37,671 nt of DNA from Octopus sinensis (lineage: Eukaryota). The translations under genes and the position numbers were made by a program. The notes beneath the pieces are model-generated. The model saw only the letters and a list, made by a program, of their open reading frames with translations. It was not told where the DNA came from and ran no database searches. The stretch spans positions 1 through 37,671 of the forward strand of contig NW_021835893.1 of NCBI RefSeq assembly GCF_006345805.1. Direction: 5' to 3'. Positions 37,021-37,671 of the stretch are shown in pieces (the stretch's first letter is position 1; each line of letters starts with the position of its first letter).

Positions 37021-37547
37021 GTCTGGAACTTCACCATTCAAACTGACAGAAAGATAGATGCAAATAGGCCAGCCACCATATTGAAAGACTTCAGACAAAA
37101 ATCATGCCTTCCCATTGATATGACTGTCCCAATCGATATAAAGGTATCTGTCAAGACCTACCAAAACCTGAGCAAGTATAAATATCTTGAAATAGAAATT
37201 GGCAAAATGTGGAACTGAAGACTAAAACAATACATGTTGTCATAGGTGCCCTGGGAATGAAAGCAAAAGGGGCTAATTGTTTCTTAGCCCAGAAACCAAG
37301 AAACCCCAATATGGCAGAAATTCAAAAGATAGTGCTCATGGGAACTGCCCTTATCCTACGCAAAATACTTTCTTTTGTAATCTCAAGTTATAAAACAAAC
37401 ATAATTTTCTTATGGTTTCTTAGAACAAAACCAAATATATGACACCCAAGGCATAACACCAACATGAACTTCCAACTTGTTGTCTCTTGAGGTCTCTGGG
37501 TGAGACTTGGAGCCAACTTGTACAAATGTAAAGCAAAAGTCAAACAT
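37021..37547 (+). pseudogene. R4/Dong-like LINE 3' remnant (RLE domain, one frameshift near 37215) plus 3' UTR
   Basis: VWNFTIQTDRKIDANRPATILKD...IDMTVP...LSKYKYLEIEIGKMW / LKTKTIHVVIGALGM...EIQKIVLMGTALILRKILS; followed by (TAA)n. Confidence 0.9.
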
Positions 37548-37671
37548 ATAATAATAATAATAATAATAATAATATAAATAATAATAATGATAATAATGAT
37601 AATACTAATAATAATAAGAAGAATAATAATGATAATGATAATATAATAATAATAATGATAATACTAATAAT
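37548..37671. repeat. (TAA)n degenerate microsatellite to window end
   Basis: Direct reading. Confidence 0.95.

Overview
AT-rich, microsatellite-saturated eukaryotic intronic/intergenic DNA. From recall (not a database search), the repeat families resemble those of octopus/cephalopod genomes. No intact protein-coding gene can be supported; nearly all track ORFs are translations of (TA)n, (CA)n, (TATC)n, (GAT)n or (TAA)n. The window is a retroelement graveyard: about 20 copies or fragments of four tRNA-derived SINE families (working labels A-D) with shuffled heads and tails, four remnants of restriction-like-endonuclease LINEs (R4/Dong type) tied to (TAA)n, an L1/Tx1-type 3' end inside (TATC)n, two RTE-type remnants and several Penelope-like terminal remnants. 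Best leads: (1) a canonical-core minimal type I hammerhead ribozyme on the minus strand at 23361-23450, plus degenerate hammerhead-like motifs; (2) a SINE whose tail matches the 3' end of an RTE LINE in the same window; (3) apparent partitioning of microsatellite targets among LINE clades; (4) a shared module-swap point in the SINEs.
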